Below, in pieces: positions 42,419 to 45,116 of a DNA stretch of 45,116 nucleotides. The notes under the pieces are model-generated. The model had not been told where the DNA came from. It ran no database searches and was given only the letters and a program-made list of their open reading frames with translations. Numbering within the stretch: the stretch's first letter is position 1; each line of letters begins with the position of its first letter. The position numbers and the translations under genes were made by a program. Location of the stretch: the NCBI GenBank assembly GCA_964628265.1, contig CAZVLO010000001.1:55732-100847 (forward strand), in the 5' to 3' direction. Source of the DNA: an uncultured Papillibacter sp. (GTDB lineage: Bacteria > Bacillota > Clostridia > Oscillospirales > Oscillospiraceae).

Positions 42419-45116
42419 ATGCGCGCGTTAACAGCCTCTTTGACAAATGAAATCGGCTTTGACCAGATTGCCGCCAGGATTGAAGGCGGTGGATGCCCTG
42501 TTGTTGTGTCCGGTCTGGACGGTATCCACAGAACACATGCGTCGGCATCTATCCGCCATCTGACGGGGCGTCCACTCGTGATTGTCTGTTCGGACGAAAC
42601 AGAGCAGAAGCGCGTGGCTTCGGATCTGGAATCGTTCACATTTGAGCAGGCGGTGCTCCTCTCCGGCCGAGAATTTACCTTCTACAACGCCGAAGGCGTC
42701 TCCAGACAGCTTGAACAGCGCCGGCTCTACGCTCTGTATCAGATGTGGAGCGGCACCGCCCCCCTTGTTGTCGCGACGGTTGACGGCTTGCTCACACGAA
42801 CCATACCGAAGGACTATATGGAAGAAGCGGCGCTTGTGCTCAAAACGGGGAAGGCCTACGACCTGGACACGGTGGTTGACACGCTCCTCAGAAATGGTTA
42901 CAGGCGATGCGAGCAGGTAGAGGGACCCGGCCAATATGCCTTAAGGGGCGGCATACTTGACTTCTTTTCGCCCTCCGATGCCGAGCCGTTCCGGTGTGAA
43001 TTTTTCGGAGATGAGATCGACTCCATCAGTTTCTTCGATATATCGACGCAAAGAAGGTCAAGCCCTATCGATTCGGCGTTGATTCTGCCGTCGGCTGAGA
43101 CGCTGGTGACGCTATACAGGGGGGACTGCGGGACGGGTGAAGAAGGCCTTAAAAATGCGCTTGCCGCATTACTTAAAAGCCATGAAAAACGTAAAGCCGG
43201 CAATGCCGACTTGAGGAAAAACATCACAACCGATATAGAACGCCTTGAGAATAGGAGGAGTTTCCCAGCCGCCGATAAATATCTTGAGTTAATTTACCCT
43301 ATGGCAACGGCACTTGATTACATCGATGAAACGGCAGTTGTATTCATAAGCGATCCGGCGCGCGTTGCCGAGCGAGTAAAGAATTTCCTGTGGCAGCTGG
43401 GGGAGGACAGCAGAACGCTGCTGGAGGGCGGCGTTCTGGATAGCAGCCTCGTACGGTTCGCCATAAACTGGGAAGAGTTTTGTGAAAAAATTGAGGATTA
43501 TCCTGTTGTCATGGCTGACAGCTTTACTGGAAGCAAGTACCCTCTCCGCCCAAGGGCGATTTTAAGTATCTCGTCGAAGCAGCTGCCCTCCTACGGCGGA
43601 AGTCTCGAGACAGCTGCCGGTGATATCGCCCACTACTCGGGTTCGGGCTATAGAACCGTTGTGCTGTGCCAGGATGAACGGCGAGCAAAGATTCTATCGG
43701 AATACCTCAGGGAGCGGGATATCACCGTCTCAGTTGACTTTGTTTTGAACGAACTCCCTGAACCCGGCGGATGTATAATAACAACAGGCGCCCTGTCGGC
43801 CGGTATGGAATACCCGAACGCCAAGCTTGCCGTCATCACAGAAGGACAGTTTGTCGAGCCGGTTTTCCTGAGAAAGAAAAGGAAATCACTTCCTTCCAAC
43901 AGAGAGCGCCTGCAGAGCTTTACAGATCTGTCGCCCGGCGATTTGGTGGTGCATGAGTACCACGGTATCGGTCGTTTTGTCGGCATATTTAAAATGCCGG
44001 TGGACGGCATCGAAAAAGATTATGTGAAGATTGCTTATGCTGGAACTGACAGCCTTTATGTCCCTGCCACGCAGCTGGACCTTATATCTAAATACATCGG
44101 CGGCGGCGAGGATGCGCCGGTCAAGCTCTCAAAAATGGGCGGTGCCGACTGGACAAAGGCCAAGACGCGCGCCAAAAGCGCGGCAAAGGAGATGGCCAAG
44201 GAACTCATTGAACTGTACGCTGAACGGCAGAAGCTGAAGGGGCACGCCTTTGCTCCTGATTCTGTCTGGCAGACGGAGTTTGAGGAACGGTTTGGATATC
44301 AGGAAACAGATGATCAGATTCGCAGTATTGAAGAAATAAAGTCGGATATGGAGCGCTCTGTTCCCATGGATCGGTTGCTCTGCGGAGACGTCGGTTACGG
44401 GAAAACCGAGGTTGCGCTTCGCGCGACAATGAAATGCGTCCTGGATGGGTATCAGGCGGCGATCCTCGTGCCGACGACTGTCCTTGCTCAGCAGCATTAT
44501 GTTACAACCATGCGCCGCTTTGCGGGCTATCCTGTCAAGATTGAGGTGCTCAGCCGGTTCCGTTCACCATCCCAGAACAAAAGCGCAGTGAGAGAGATCG
44601 AAAACGGAGCTGTTGACGTTGTTATAGGAACGCACCGGCTGCTGCAGAAGGACATCGTATTCAAGAAACTTGGACTCCTGATAGTTGATGAGGAACAGCG
44701 ATTCGGCGTGACGCACAAGGAGCGTTTAAAGGAGATGTCGCGGCAAATCGATGTTCTTACGCTGTCAGCGACGCCGATCCCCAGAACAATGAATATGGCG
44801 CTGTCCGGTATCCGCGACATGTCGACCATTGAAGAGCCGCCGAGAGATCGGCAGCCTGTGCAGACCTATGTATTGGAGCATGACTGGGGCATTCTGTGCG
44901 ACGCCATCCGGCGGGAAGTGTCCCGTGGCGGTCAGGTGTACTATATCCACAACCGTGTGGATAATATAGACCGGACGGCGTCGCGCTTGTCTGCCATGTT
45001 GGAAGGTGTCACAATTGCCGTTGCCCACGGCAAGATGGACGAGGATTCTCTCAGCGATGTCATGGAGCGTATGTCCTCCGGCGATATCCAGGTGCTCGTC
45101 TGTACAACGATTATCG
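42419..45116 (+). CDS. mfd: Transcription-repair coupling factor Mfd (3' end runs off the window)
   Basis: Frame from ATG 42419 contains RGGILDFF..EFFGDEIDSI, VVHEYHGIG, LCGDVGYGKTEVA, VDEEQRFGV and LSATPIPRT. Confidence 0.96.
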   Translation, partial: MRALTASLTNEIGFDQIAARIEGGGCPVVVSGLDGIHRTHASASIRHLTGRPLVIVCSDETEQKRVASDLESFTFEQAVLLSGREFTFYNAEGVSRQLEQRRLYALYQMWSGTAPLVVATVDGLLTRTIPKDYMEEAALVLKTGKAYDLDTVVDTLLRNGYRRCEQVEGPGQYALRGGILDFFSPSDAEPFRCEFFGDEIDSISFFDISTQRRSSPIDSALILPSAETLVTLYRGDCGTGEEGLKNALAALLKSHEKRKAGNADLRKNITTDIERLENRRSFPAADKYLELIYPMATALDYIDETAVVFISDPARVAERVKNFLWQLGEDSRTLLEGGVLDSSLVRFAINWEEFCEKIEDYPVVMADSFTGSKYPLRPRAILSISSKQLPSYGGSLETAAGDIAHYSGSGYRTVVLCQDERRAKILSEYLRERDITVSVDFVLNELPEPGGCIITTGALSAGMEYPNAKLAVITEGQFVEPVFLRKKRKSLPSNRERLQSFTDLSPGDLVVHEYHGIGRFVGIFKMPVDGIEKDYVKIAYAGTDSLYVPATQLDLISKYIGGGEDAPVKLSKMGGADWTKAKTRAKSAAKEMAKELIELYAERQKLKGHAFAPDSVWQTEFEERFGYQETDDQIRSIEEIKSDMERSVPMDRLLCGDVGYGKTEVALRATMKCVLDGYQAAILVPTTVLAQQHYVTTMRRFAGYPVKIEVLSRFRSPSQNKSAVREIENGAVDVVIGTHRLLQKDIVFKKLGLLIVDEEQRFGVTHKERLKEMSRQIDVLTLSATPIPRTMNMALSGIRDMSTIEEPPRDRQPVQTYVLEHDWGILCDAIRREVSRGGQVYYIHNRVDNIDRTASRLSAMLEGVTIAVAHGKMDEDSLSDVMERMSSGDIQVLVCTTII

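Overview
Origin-of-replication region of a spore-forming Firmicute (inferred Clostridia, probably Oscillospiraceae-like; gpr, remB and SLH proteins present). The right third is the core origin block. Minus strand: gloA-rnhA-gyrA-gyrB-remB-recF-yaaA-dnaN, then oriC (DnaA boxes and DnaA-trios), dnaA and rpsT. Plus strand: gpr, parS, parA-parB-hypothetical-serS-rsmG, a second parS, and mfd (partial). The usual rpmH-rnpA-yidC-jag-mnmE-mnmG cluster is missing next to dnaA. The left two thirds are accessory genes: moeA with a Moco riboswitch, a tandem P-loop ATPase, a DUF6323/DUF6179 pair, a yybP-ykoY (Mn2+) riboswitch-controlled P-type ATPase, a DUF4153 protein, a GntR/YtrA-ABC operon with a palindromic operator, two SLH surface proteins sharing an ECF-sigma promoter motif, YyaL, a GGDEF protein and an F0F1 ATP synthase operon whose alpha gene has lost its 5' end. 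The most notable element is an unannotated promoter-leader-terminator RNA at 7526-7746. It carries two tandem related hairpins (GGGUU...GUAGUC core) resembling the DUF1646/Na+ riboswitch and sits in front of a deleted asd remnant. Several deletion scars (asnO-like, asd, atpH/atpA) suggest local genome decay. All family calls come from motif recognition only; no searches were run.
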